DNA of 64,000 nt from Chloroherpetonaceae bacterium (GTDB lineage Bacteria > Bacteroidota > Chlorobiia > Chlorobiales > Thermochlorobacteraceae): positions 36,219 to 100,218 of the forward strand of contig JANWWM010000028.1 of the NCBI GenBank assembly GCA_025055975.1, read 5' to 3'. A program made the translations under genes and the position numbers. Under the pieces are notes generated by a model. The model did not search any database. It saw only the letters and a list, made by a program, of their open reading frames with translations, and had not been told where the DNA came from. Shown here one piece after another: positions 1-9,022 of the stretch. Position 1 is the first letter of the stretch. Every line of letters starts with the position of its first letter.

Positions 1-1409
1 AATCGTTTGAGAAAGAATTTCGTGTATTGCGCGTAGCCTCCGAACTTGACTGCCGAAGCCTTGCGCGTTTCGTTGACGGCGGGTCGGAGCGTCGCCGCGT
101 AAGGGTCGAAGTAGGCTTGAATGTTGAGTCGATTTTCGGCGGCGAGATGGCGCGCCACGACGCCCGCCTCGAACAAGTCGTCGCTCGAAACTCGATGCGA
201 GACGTCGGAGCGCAAGACGAACTCGCGTTCCGAGGATTCGTTGCGGTACTTGTCTTCGGGCGTTCCCGCCGTTCCCGTTTGAACCGTCCGCGTGAAAAAC
301 GAGTAGTAGTTGCTCGAGAGCGACGTGCGAATGAACGATTGTTTGCTCAGCAGCCAAGCGTGCGACGCGCCAAGCGCGCCCTGCCACTGATTGTTTTCGT
401 TGAGGTCGACGGCGCTGGGGTTCGGGGCTTGTCGAATGTTGTCGCGTCCGCCCACGCCGATGAGCGCGAGCCGATGATTCGCGTCGAGGTCGTAGGTGAT
501 TTTGAGGTTGAAGCTCGCGTAGTTCGGAATCGTGGTTTTGTAGGATTGGTCAAACAGGTTCAACATTTCGTCATAGTAGCTTTGCCTGCCTGAAATCATA
601 AACGCGCCTTTGCCGCCGCCGATGGGTCCTTCGGTCATCGCGCCCGCGCCGACGGTGCCAACGATGGCGCGGCTTTCGCCCTTGTTGCGATTGCCTTCGC
701 GGAAGTGAATGTCCATCACCGACGACATTCGGTCGCCATATTTGCTTGAAAATCCGCCCGCGCTGAACGTGACGTCTTGCAGAAAATCCACTTGAATCAT
801 TCCGACCTCGCCGCCGCCCGTGCCTTGAATGCCGAAATGATTGATGTTTGGAATCTCGATGCCGTCAATCAAGATGAAATTTTCGGCGGGACTTCCGCCG
901 CGCACGATCAAATCGTTGCGCGAGTCCGACGGCACGACGACCCCAGGCAAGAGCAACATCATTCGCGTGACGTCTTCGCTGGCTCCCGGAGCGCGTCGAA
1001 TCTCCTCTTGCGAGAGCTTGTTCGTGGAGACCTTGGCGTCTTCGGCGCGTTCAAAGAGGTTCGCCGTAACGGTAACTTCTTGCGCTTGCGCCGAGCGCGC
1101 CGAGAGTTCAATCGTCAGATAGACGGGCTTGGAGGCTTTGACGACGACGTCGGTTTTCGTGAGCGAGTTGTATTCAAACGCATCGACCTTCACCTGAACG
1201 ACGCCGACGGGAATGTCAGGGATTTTGAACTTGCCGCTCGCGTCGGTAACCGCGCCAAGTTTCGCGCCGACGACGGAAACTTTCGCGCCGACGACGACTT
1301 GCTTGGTTTCGCGGTCGCGCACGACGCCCTCAATCACGCCCGTTAGCGTTTGCGAAACGATGGATTGACAAAAGAAAAGCGAGAAAACGAGAAGAGCCGA
1401 AACTCGCAT
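1..1409 (-). CDS. TonB-dependent outer-membrane receptor, N-terminal part (gene runs off the left edge of the window)
   Basis: Absent from the ORF track because there is no stop inside the window. My own minus-strand translation from the ATG at 1409 gives a signal peptide (MRVSALLVFSLFFCQSIVSQ). A carboxypeptidase-regulatory-like domain follows (GVVRDRETKQVVVGAKVSVVG..TDASGKFKIPDIPVG). Plug blocks (EEIRRAPGASEDVTRMM, LIVRGGSPAENFILIDGIEIPNINHF, FSAGGFSSKYGDRMSSVMDI) align block for block with the complete receptor at 30191..32500. Confidence 0.85.
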   Translation of the reverse strand, partial: MRVSALLVFSLFFCQSIVSQTLTGVIEGVVRDRETKQVVVGAKVSVVGAKLGAVTDASGKFKIPDIPVGVVQVKVDAFEYNSLTKTDVVVKASKPVYLTIELSARSAQAQEVTVTANLFERAEDAKVSTNKLSQEEIRRAPGASEDVTRMMLLLPGVVVPSDSRNDLIVRGGSPAENFILIDGIEIPNINHFGIQGTGGGEVGMIQVDFLQDVTFSAGGFSSKYGDRMSSVMDIHFREGNRNKGESRAIVGTVGAGAMTEGPIGGGKGAFMISGRQSYYDEMLNLFDQSYKTTIPNYASFNLKITYDLDANHRLALIGVGGRDNIRQAPNPSAVDLNENNQWQGALGASHAWLLSKQSFIRTSLSSNYYSFFTRTVQTGTAGTPEDKYRNESSEREFVLRSDVSHRVSSDDLFEAGVVARHLAAENRLNIQAYFDPYAATLRPAVNETRKASAVKFGGYAQYTKFFLKR

Positions 1410-1533
1410 CGACTTGCTATTGAGGTTTTTTGAAATGTGCGCAAAAATCGGCGAAGAAAAAACGTCGCTCGGTCGCCGAACCGTCGCAATTTCGCGCCTT
1501 TTTGTTAGTTTGCGCTTCCAAATCAAACGCCAA

Positions 1534-2418
1534 ATGAACGCGCTGCACGCTCTCCTAAATGGCGTCGTTGACTACGCGGGCTTGTTCCCGCCTGCCGCGT
1601 TATCAATGACCGAAGCGGTTCAAAACTACGCTCGCTATTTGCAGGACGATTCGCGTTGGGCTTTGGCTCGGTTCGTCGTTCCCGTGGCTCGATTGCAAGA
1701 ATTTTTCGACTCGTTTTACGCTCTGCCCTCCGATTCGCGCAATCAGATTTGGCTTCTTTCCGCTTTGGCGGGAAACGACGTTGAAAGCGACTTGAAACGC
1801 ATCGACGAGTTCAACGCGCGCTTTTCGTGCGACGCTCTCATCGATGCCATCGAGCTCAAAGCCGCGAGCGTCGACGAGATTCTGCGATTGAGCGTTCCCA
1901 AAAGCCTTGCGACCTACGTGGAGATTCCCATCGCGCAAAATCCCGAAGCGTTGATTGAGGCGCTCGCGCGCAAAGGGTTTCGCGCAAAAGCCAGAACGGG
2001 CGGCGTTTCGGCGGAGGCGTTCCCTTCGCCCGAACAGTTGGCGCGATTCATCTTTCTCTGCGCCAAACGTCAAACGCCGTTCAAAGCGACGGCGGGACTG
2101 CATCACCCGATTCGCGCTTCCTATCGCCTCACTTACGAGCCTGACAGTCCAAGCGGGACGATGTTTGGCTTTCTCAACGTGTTGCTCGCCGCCGTTTTCG
2201 CCCTCGAAGGAATGAGCGAAGCCGACCTTGCCGCGCTTCTTTCCGAAACCTCTCCCGAAGCGTTCCATTTCGATGACGGGACGGCGCGTTGGCGCTCTTT
2301 TGTCGCCCAAACGGACGCGATCGAGCGCGCGCGCGCGCAGTTTGCGATCTCTTTCGGCTCGTGCTCGTTTGAAGAGCCTATCGCCGACCTCAAAAACCTG
2401 CAACTTCTGGAACGATGA
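1534..2418 (+). CDS. conserved-looking hypothetical protein, no family recognised
   Basis: Frame of ORF 1414..2418. I prefer the internal ATG at 1534 (MNALHALLNGVVDYAGLFPPAAL..) because the first 40 codons lie in the divergent promoter gap. Composition is coding-like, with motifs KARTGG and KATAGLHHP. The stop overlaps the fahA start in ATGA at 2415..2418. Confidence 0.6.
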   Translation: MNALHALLNGVVDYAGLFPPAALSMTEAVQNYARYLQDDSRWALARFVVPVARLQEFFDSFYALPSDSRNQIWLLSALAGNDVESDLKRIDEFNARFSCDALIDAIELKAASVDEILRLSVPKSLATYVEIPIAQNPEALIEALARKGFRAKARTGGVSAEAFPSPEQLARFIFLCAKRQTPFKATAGLHHPIRASYRLTYEPDSPSGTMFGFLNVLLAAVFALEGMSEADLAALLSETSPEAFHFDDGTARWRSFVAQTDAIERARAQFAISFGSCSFEEPIADLKNLQLLER

Positions 2419-3740
2419 CGCTCAACGAAACGCACAATCCCGACCTCAAATCGTGGATTGAATCCGCAAACGATCCCGAAACCGATTTCCCGATTCAGAA
2501 CCTTCCGTTTGGCGCGTTCAAAACGCCCAAGAACTTCGCGCCGCACTTGTGCGTGGCGATTGGCGACAAGGCGCTCGATTTGACGTCGGTCGCGTTAAAC
2601 AACTTGCTGGACGTTTCGTCCGAAATTCGCGCCGCCTGCACGAAGGGGTTTCTCAACCAACTGATGTCGCTCGGCAACGACGCGGCGTCGGAACTGCGTC
2701 TTGCGCTATCGAGAATGCTTCGCGCCGACGCGCCAAAAGATCTGCAAGAAAAAATCAAGCATTACCTCTTCGAGCGCGACAAAATCGAGATGCTCAATCC
2801 CGCGCGCATCGGCGACTTCACGGATTTTTACGCCTCCATTTATCACGCCACCAACGTCGGCTCGATGCTTCGCCCCGAAAATCCGCTTCTGCCGAACTAC
2901 AAATACGTTCCCATCGCGTATCACGGCAGAGCCTCCTCGATCGTGATTACGGGCAGAAAAATTCGCCGCCCAAACGGGCAAGTCAATTCCGACGACAAAG
3001 GCGAGCCGAAGTATATGCCGTCGCGCCGCTTGGATTACGAGGCGGAGATTGGATTTTTCGTGGGAACCTCGACGGGCTTTGGGCAAATCATTCCGCTGCG
3101 AGAGGCGGAGTCGCACATCTGGGGCGCGTGCATCGTCAACGATTGGTCGGCGCGCGACATTCAGCGCTGGGAGTATCAGCCGCTTGGTCCGTTTTTGTCA
3201 AAAAACTTTGCGACGAGCATTTCCCCTTGGATCGTAACGATGGAAGCGCTCGCCCCGTTCAGAACCAAAGCCTTTGAGCGCGGCGAAGGCGAGCCAAAAC
3301 TTTTGCCCTATCTCTACTCGCCCGAAAACGCCAAGCATGGCGGCATTGACATCGTGATTGAAGTCTACATTCGCACGAGCCAAATGCAGAAACAAGGCGT
3401 CGCCCCGTTCCGCCTGAGCAGAGGGAATTTCAAGGATATGTATTGGACTCCCGCGCAAATGCTCGCGCATCATGCCTCCAACGGTTGCAACTTTCACGCG
3501 GGCGATTTGTTTGCGAGCGGAACGGTGTCGGGCAAAACCCGCGAAGAAGCGGGGTGCTTGCTGGAACGCGCTTGGCGCGGCGAAGAGCCCATCGAGCTGC
3601 CGACGGGCGAAAAACGCAGTTTCGTCGAAGACGGCGACGAAATCATCATCAAGGCTTATTGCGAAAAAGAAGGCGCGCGTCGCATCGGCTTCGGCGAATG
3701 TTCAGGCACCATCATTCCGCCTTTCAAAGTTGGGAAGTAA
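2415..3740 (+). CDS. fahA: fumarylacetoacetase (fumarylacetoacetate hydrolase)
   Basis: 441 aa. N-terminal FAH domain (DFPIQNLPFGAFK) and C-terminal FAH-fold blocks (LDYEAEIGFFVG, NDWSARDIQRWEYQPLGPFLSKNF, GDLFASGTVSG). Confidence 0.92.
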   Translation: MTLNETHNPDLKSWIESANDPETDFPIQNLPFGAFKTPKNFAPHLCVAIGDKALDLTSVALNNLLDVSSEIRAACTKGFLNQLMSLGNDAASELRLALSRMLRADAPKDLQEKIKHYLFERDKIEMLNPARIGDFTDFYASIYHATNVGSMLRPENPLLPNYKYVPIAYHGRASSIVITGRKIRRPNGQVNSDDKGEPKYMPSRRLDYEAEIGFFVGTSTGFGQIIPLREAESHIWGACIVNDWSARDIQRWEYQPLGPFLSKNFATSISPWIVTMEALAPFRTKAFERGEGEPKLLPYLYSPENAKHGGIDIVIEVYIRTSQMQKQGVAPFRLSRGNFKDMYWTPAQMLAHHASNGCNFHAGDLFASGTVSGKTREEAGCLLERAWRGEEPIELPTGEKRSFVEDGDEIIIKAYCEKEGARRIGFGECSGTIIPPFKVGK

Positions 3741-3769
3741 CGCTTCGTCAACCGCAAACCCAAACGCAA

Positions 3770-4111
3770 ATGAACGACGCTACGCCTTCTCCCGAGCTTT
3801 TGCGCCGACTTTCGGGCGACATGACGTTCATCGCTTGGTATTACATCGTTACGGGCGCGCTGGCGTGCCTGACGATCGTTGGCGCGCTCGTCGGCATTCC
3901 GCAACTCATCAGCGGCTTGCGCTTGAAAGACTCCGCCGACGAATTGATGCGCTATGCCTACGAGCCAAATTCGCAACGGCTTGAACAAGCCTTGAACTTG
4001 CAACAAAAGTTCTTCTTCATTCAGAAGGTTTTAGCCATCGTAACGATAGCGTTTCTCGCGTTGTATTTTCTGTTGCTCCTCGCCATCTTCGGCTCAGGCT
4101 TGCGCGACTGA
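3770..4111 (+). CDS. small two-TM membrane protein, DUF5362-like
   Basis: Internal ATG of ORF 3443..4111 (MNDATPSPELLRRLSGDMTFIAWYYIVTGALACLTIVGALVGIPQLISGLRL..). The upstream part of that ORF overlaps fahA out of frame and is Arg-rich noise. Confidence 0.55.
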   Translation: MNDATPSPELLRRLSGDMTFIAWYYIVTGALACLTIVGALVGIPQLISGLRLKDSADELMRYAYEPNSQRLEQALNLQQKFFFIQKVLAIVTIAFLALYFLLLLAIFGSGLRD

Positions 4112-4174
4112 TGACGATTGATTGCGCGCGTCGGCGAGGAATACGTCTCTCCTCCGCTCTTCTCCTTGTTAGGC

Positions 4175-4741
4175 TTATCGCATGACGGGAAGAGCTTTTT
4201 TCCTGCGCATCGCCCAAATAGCCGCGCCAACGGAAAGCATTGCGGCGAAAAGACAGAGAATCGGCGCAGAGAAAGCCAGCAGCGACAGCAGCGCTGCGCC
4301 AGCCAGTTCAATCGTGGAGACGATAAAGTTTGTTTTTCTTTGAGTAGAAGCAAGAGGCATGCGGCGCAGCGACACGGTGCCAAGTTGAATCGCGCCAGCA
4401 AAACCGCCCCCAACCACAAAAGCAAACAGCCAACGCAACGCGGCATTTAGCGCGTCTAATTCCGCAAACGTGAGCATAATGCCAGCTCCAATCGCCGCGG
4501 GCGTGGCGACGATATCGAAAAAATCGTCAATGAAAGGAATGTAGTAGGAAGCCATTTCAAACGCCATCATCAAGCCCAATGCAATCGCTACGAAGGACGA
4601 AGAAAGCCAAGCAAAGTCGGGCGGAGGCATGTAATAGCCCAAAGTGGACGCAAGGCTAAGAGCGAAAATCGGAACGAAGATGCGAAACCCGCAAGCCGCG
4701 CCCAAGCCAAGCGCGGAAGAGAGGTGAAGAAGCGTTTCCAT
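4175..4741 (-). CDS. DUF4126-like integral membrane protein
   Basis: ORF 4175..4795. Start taken at METLLHLSSALGLGAACGFRIFVPIF (4741), one nt after the stop of the upstream M50 protease gene. Multi-pass hydrophobic protein. Confidence 0.7.
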   Translation of the reverse strand: METLLHLSSALGLGAACGFRIFVPIFALSLASTLGYYMPPPDFAWLSSSFVAIALGLMMAFEMASYYIPFIDDFFDIVATPAAIGAGIMLTFAELDALNAALRWLFAFVVGGGFAGAIQLGTVSLRRMPLASTQRKTNFIVSTIELAGAALLSLLAFSAPILCLFAAMLSVGAAIWAMRRKKALPVMR

Positions 4742-4742
4742 T

Positions 4743-5894
4743 TCAAGACGATGGCGCAACCCCTTGCTGCGCTTTAAGTTGTTGCTGCTTGTCAAGAAAC
4801 GCGAGAACCGCGAAGGCTTCGTTGAGGTCTTCCAAACTCACCAGTCCGAGATAATCCGCGCCGTTGAAAACCGCTACGATGCGCTCGCCGCGCTCCGCCA
4901 TCAAGGAAGCGACTTCGTCAAGCGACGCGCTCGCCTGCACGGTGGGGAAATCGCGGCGCATAATTTCGGTAACATACACGTCGCGCGAATGCGTCGCCAG
5001 AGCGTTGAACACGTCGCGGCGCGTAACGATGCCGATAATCTCGCCGCCTTGCATCACGGCAAAATCAGGCTGGTAACTGGTGAGGAGGTAATCGACCACG
5101 CGACTGACGCGGTCGCCGATGCTGAGGGTGAGCGCATAGCGGTTGTAGGCGTCGCCCACGCGCCGCGCGCGCAGCGCGGCTCTCGAAGCGGCTTGCGCCG
5201 TTTCTTGACCTGCGCCAAAGAAAATGAACACCGCAATCAAAATGAGGATGAAATTGCCGTTGATAAACCCTAAGACCCCAAGCCCGATGGCGGCAATCTG
5301 TCCAATCGTTGCGGCAATCGTCGTTGCGGATGAAAAACTCATAAACATCGCAAGCACGGCGCGCAATACGCGACCGCCATCGAGCGGAAACGCAGGTATC
5401 ATATTGAACGCGGCGAGCGAAATGTTCGCGGCAAAAAGCCATAGCAGCATCACTTCAAGAGAGGGGCGAGAGAAAAGTTCGCCCAGCGAACCGCGCGCGT
5501 CAAGAATGGTCGCATGCATCGTTGCGCCCGTAACCAAAAAGAGCAGAATCGCAATTAGCACGTTGACGGCAGGTCCCGCTACGGCGATGATGAGTTCATG
5601 CAAAGGCTTTTCAGGTTGGCGCGTAATCATCGCAATGCCGCCGAGCGGCGTCAGCACGATTTCTCGCACGGGAATGCCGAAGCATTGAGCCGCGATGCTG
5701 TGCCCAAGTTCGTGCAGCGTAACGCAAGTGAAGAGCAACGTCATCAATGCGACGCCGAAAAGCGCGCCGTCAAGCGGACTGTCGGGGACATTGTTCGCCC
5801 ATTGCAACGCGCCCAAGAGAAGAATGAGGAAAAACGTAACGTGAATCTTGATGTCAATGCCGCGCACTTTGGCGATTCGGAACGACCAACCCAT
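4743..5894 (-). CDS. site-2 (M50) family zinc metalloprotease with C-terminal CBS pair
   Basis: 383 aa. HExxH lies in a TM helix (LHELGHSIAAQCFGIP), with a second metal motif FNMIPAFPLDGGRVLR. The C-terminal CBS-like region includes IGIVTRRDV and YLGLVSLEDL. Confidence 0.9.
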   Translation of the reverse strand: MGWSFRIAKVRGIDIKIHVTFFLILLLGALQWANNVPDSPLDGALFGVALMTLLFTCVTLHELGHSIAAQCFGIPVREIVLTPLGGIAMITRQPEKPLHELIIAVAGPAVNVLIAILLFLVTGATMHATILDARGSLGELFSRPSLEVMLLWLFAANISLAAFNMIPAFPLDGGRVLRAVLAMFMSFSSATTIAATIGQIAAIGLGVLGFINGNFILILIAVFIFFGAGQETAQAASRAALRARRVGDAYNRYALTLSIGDRVSRVVDYLLTSYQPDFAVMQGGEIIGIVTRRDVFNALATHSRDVYVTEIMRRDFPTVQASASLDEVASLMAERGERIVAVFNGADYLGLVSLEDLNEAFAVLAFLDKQQQLKAQQGVAPSS

Positions 5895-5999
5895 AATTTT
5901 CCTCCCGTTTGGTTGAAAGCGATGCGCATTTGCTTGGGAGCAAACGCGCCAATCCGCGCAGCGCGGCGTTTGAGCCTCAAACCGCTTCGCCGACGCGCT

Positions 6000-6602
6000 C
6001 TATTCTTCGGGCGCGTAGGTCAAAATCGGATCTGCGTCGCGGAAGTTGAGAACGATTTTGTTCGCGCCCGGTTTGAGTTCGACGGGTTTGACGAGCAATC
6101 CGCTACGCTTTTGCGACGTGTAGCCCGCGAGCACGACGTATTTGCCCTCGACGAGGCTTTGAAATTTGAAATTCCCTTGATTGTCGGTTTTGACCTCCGC
6201 CGAAGCCTGCTTGCTCAATTCCTTTGCGATGAAGACGAAAATCGAGGCGCGATAGTTTTCCAGTTCGCGCTTGAGCTTTGCGCCGCTATCGGCGACGGCG
6301 CGGTATCGCTCTTCGATTTTTTTGTCGCCCGTTTTCTTGAAAACGGTTTGCAGGCTATCGAGCAAGTTGCCGACGGCGAGGTTGGCTTGTTCAAGCCTTG
6401 CTATTTCTTGCTTGTAGCCTTGTCGATATTGCTCCAACGACTTCCCCACGAGCGAGTCGGGAATCAAGAGCACGGATTGATTGGCTAACGGCGGGTCATC
6501 GATTCGCCCCGTGCCCAACGTGAGCGAGCCTTCGAGCGTAACGGCTTGTTTGGAGCATGCCGCAAGCGAAACGACGAGAAGAGCGAACAGAAGTTTTTTC
6601 AT
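6000..6602 (-). CDS. lipoprotein with coiled-coil middle region and carboxypeptidase-regulatory-like C-terminal beta-sandwich
   Basis: 200 aa. Lipobox in [17 protein letters not shown]-terminal [23 protein letters not shown] is typical of the CarboxypepD_reg fold. The ATG overlaps the murA stop (ATGA at 6599..6602). Confidence 0.7.
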   Translation of the reverse strand: MKKLLFALLVVSLAACSKQAVTLEGSLTLGTGRIDDPPLANQSVLLIPDSLVGKSLEQYRQGYKQEIARLEQANLAVGNLLDSLQTVFKKTGDKKIEERYRAVADSGAKLKRELENYRASIFVFIAKELSKQASAEVKTDNQGNFKFQSLVEGKYVVLAGYTSQKRSGLLVKPVELKPGANKIVLNFRDADPILTYAPEE

Positions 6603-7906
6603 TGCAAGACTTCCTCCTTTTCGGGTTTAGGTTGAGCGAATTCGTCGTATTGTTCGCGCCTGATGTTCGCGCCAAGCGCGCGCAGTTTTTGTTCGATTTT
6701 TTCGTAGCCCCGATCCAAGTGATAGACGCGCAGGACTTCCGTCGTGCCGCTGGCGACAAGCCCCGCAAGAATAAGACTCGCCGACGCGCGCAGGTCGGTC
6801 GACATCACCTTCGCGCCCGACAGTTTTTGCTCGCCTTTGACGATGGCGGAATTTCCCTTGACGACGATGTTCGCGCCCAAGCGATTGAGTTCGGGCACGT
6901 GTTTGAAGCGGTCGGCGTAGATGTGGTCGGTGATTTTGCTCGTGCCGACGGCTTGGGTCATCAAAGCCGTCCATTGCGCTTGCATATCGGTCGGAAACTT
7001 CGGGAAGGGTTTGGCTTCCACGTTGGTGGCTTCGAGCTTGCGGGGCGATTTGAGCGAGACGACGTTTTCGGCGTATTTGATTTCGCAACCCGCCTGCTCG
7101 AACTTTTTGAGCACGGCTTTGAAGTGCGCGGGACTTACGTCGGTGAGCGTTACCTCGCCTTTGGTGATGGCGGCGGCGCACAGCAGCGTGCCCGCTTCGA
7201 TGCGGTCGGAGATGTTGGTTTCGCGCGCGGCGTAAAGTTCCTCGACGCCTTCGATTTCGAGTTCCGTCGTGCCGATGCCCGAAATTTTCGCGCCCATTTT
7301 CATCAGCATGTCGGCGAGCGCGGTGATTTCGGGTTCGAGCGCGGCGTTTTTGATTTTGGTCGTGCCTTTCGCCAAGACCGCCGCCATCAAGGCGTTGCCC
7401 GTCGCGCCAACGGACGAAATGGGGAACTCGATTTTCGCGCCGACGAGGCGTTTGCGTTTCGCCTTCGCCACGATGTAGCCGTCCTCAATCTCGACGCTCG
7501 CGCCCAAGGCTTGCATCGCTTTGATGTGCAAGTCGACGGGACGCGGTCCCCACGCGCAACCGCCAGGAAGCGAGACGCGCGCCCTTCCAATGCGCCCAAG
7601 CAACGGACCCAACACATACACCGACGCGCGCATCTGTTTGACGAGTTCGTAAGGCGCTTCGGGGTGCGAGATGTTCTCGGCGGAAATCGTGAGCGAGTTT
7701 TTTTCAAACTCGACTCTCGCGCCAATGATGCGCAGCAAATTGGAGAGCGTGTGCACGTCGCGCAAATCGGGCACGCGCGAAATGACGGTCTTGCCCGACG
7801 CGGGCAACAGCGCCGCCGCCATCAACGCCAACGCCGCGTTCTTTGAACCCGAAACCGCAACCGTGCCCGACAGTTGTCTGCCGCCTTTGATGACGAGTTT
7901 GTCCAT
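6599..7906 (-). CDS. murA: UDP-N-acetylglucosamine 1-carboxyvinyltransferase
   Basis: Start taken at [26 protein letters not shown] (internal Met of ORF 6599..7948). The active-site loop [18 protein letters not shown] contains the catalytic Cys. Confidence 0.95.
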   Translation of the reverse strand: MDKLVIKGGRQLSGTVAVSGSKNAALALMAAALLPASGKTVISRVPDLRDVHTLSNLLRIIGARVEFEKNSLTISAENISHPEAPYELVKQMRASVYVLGPLLGRIGRARVSLPGGCAWGPRPVDLHIKAMQALGASVEIEDGYIVAKAKRKRLVGAKIEFPISSVGATGNALMAAVLAKGTTKIKNAALEPEITALADMLMKMGAKISGIGTTELEIEGVEELYAARETNISDRIEAGTLLCAAAITKGEVTLTDVSPAHFKAVLKKFEQAGCEIKYAENVVSLKSPRKLEATNVEAKPFPKFPTDMQAQWTALMTQAVGTSKITDHIYADRFKHVPELNRLGANIVVKGNSAIVKGEQKLSGAKVMSTDLRASASLILAGLVASGTTEVLRVYHLDRGYEKIEQKLRALGANIRREQYDEFAQPKPEKEEVLQ

Positions 7907-7977
7907 TGAGAAAGGTCGTCTGAAAGTTCGCGTCGGAGCGATTCGCAAGCGCGATGAGCGAAGTTAATTCCGAGCGC

Positions 7978-8820
7978 TCAAAAATCAATTAAAACGCCCA
8001 CGCTTTGCTCAAAAGCGTAGCGACCGAGATACATTCCGCGAAAGTCCAATCCGCCGTAGTGATTGAACGCTATGCGCATGCCGCGCTTGCCGACGGCGTT
8101 GAGCTTGATTCCCATCTGCACGTTGGTCGCGCCGCCGTAGCCTTGCGTTCTGCCAAGCGCGCGCCGCCAAATCGGAACGAGCCTGAAATCGATCGCCGCG
8201 AAAGGCGCGAGCGCAGACAGCGGAAAGCGAGCGCAATAAAACTCCACCCCCGCTTGATAACTCGACGCGGCAATGCCTCGCGGAATCACGTTGAAGAGAA
8301 CCTCGCATCCCGCGTAAGCGCGACCCCATTCGCTCGATAGCGCCAGCGTCAGCGCGACGAACTCTCGGCTATACGTGAAAGGTTCGAGACCCTCGATCCA
8401 ACCGCCGCCCGCGAATCGACCATCGACCAGATGCGCCGATATGTGCGACAGCCTGAAACGCCCCGCCACGTCAAGCCACGAGGCGAGCGGCGCGCGATAA
8501 CTGACGTTCATTCCGAAAAGGTAATCGACGGCGTTGACGGGAAACTTGAAATTCCATTCGCGGCGCAATTCGGAAAACGTGCCGAAATCCACGCCCACTC
8601 CGAAGCGTCGCCGCTCCAACGAGAGTTGGAGCAAGTCGAGGCTAACGCCGATGTCGAGCGAAAGTTCGTCGTTGTTTTGGTTCGGCAGAATGGCGATGCG
8701 CGGCTCTTTCGCGTCGGCAAGAAGCGGCGCGAAAAGCGGGCGATTGGGTTCAAACGAAAGTTGCGCGTAGCCGAAAGAGCAAAACAGCCAAACGACGACG
8801 GAAAGAAAGGTTCGTTTCAT
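7978..8820 (-). CDS. outer-membrane beta-barrel protein, DUF1207-like
   Basis: 280 aa. Signal peptide MKRTFLSVVVWLFCSFGYAQ. The FAPLLADAKEPRI motif resembles my recollection of DUF1207. Alternating beta-strand pattern with a terminal aromatic residue (..VGVLIDF). Confidence 0.6.
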   Translation of the reverse strand: MKRTFLSVVVWLFCSFGYAQLSFEPNRPLFAPLLADAKEPRIAILPNQNNDELSLDIGVSLDLLQLSLERRRFGVGVDFGTFSELRREWNFKFPVNAVDYLFGMNVSYRAPLASWLDVAGRFRLSHISAHLVDGRFAGGGWIEGLEPFTYSREFVALTLALSSEWGRAYAGCEVLFNVIPRGIAASSYQAGVEFYCARFPLSALAPFAAIDFRLVPIWRRALGRTQGYGGATNVQMGIKLNAVGKRGMRIAFNHYGGLDFRGMYLGRYAFEQSVGVLIDF

Positions 8821-8935
8821 TGAAGGTCGAAGACGGAAAAGCCACCGCTTTCAACGCGGAGCCTTTTATGCGTTGCGTTGAAAATCGCTCGTCCTTCGAG
8901 CGCTTTGGCGCGATTTCTCCGAGCGTTTTTTCGCC

Positions 8936-8962
8936 GTCATTCCGAGTGCGAGCCAGGAGTCC
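8936..8962 (+). repeat. dispersed intergenic imperfect-palindrome repeat (CCGAG variant, diverged)
   Basis: gtcattccgagtgcgagccaggagtcc. Confidence 0.7.
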
Positions 8963-9022
8963 GCAAACGATTGCCAAATGGCGAGTTGACCGCGATTTTG
9001 CCAACGCAACCCAAACGCTTGC

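Noticed and set aside
27-1346. Plus-strand ORFs 27..593 and 777..1346.
   Set aside because: The minus strand translates into a clean TonB-dependent receptor N-terminus paralogous to 30191..32500. The plus-strand ORFs are shadows.
6557-7846. 429-aa plus-strand ORF antisense to murA. Similar long antisense ORFs: 12550..13971 (vs Omp85), 17870..19549 (vs polA), 9149..10201 and 10226..11566 (vs the repeat protein), 15891..16997 (vs dus), 22903..23895 (vs pbpC).
   Set aside because: These ORFs are extremely Arg/Gly/Asp/Phe-rich with no recognisable motifs, while the opposite strand carries unambiguous conserved genes. This is the typical shadow-ORF artefact of GC3-rich coding regions.
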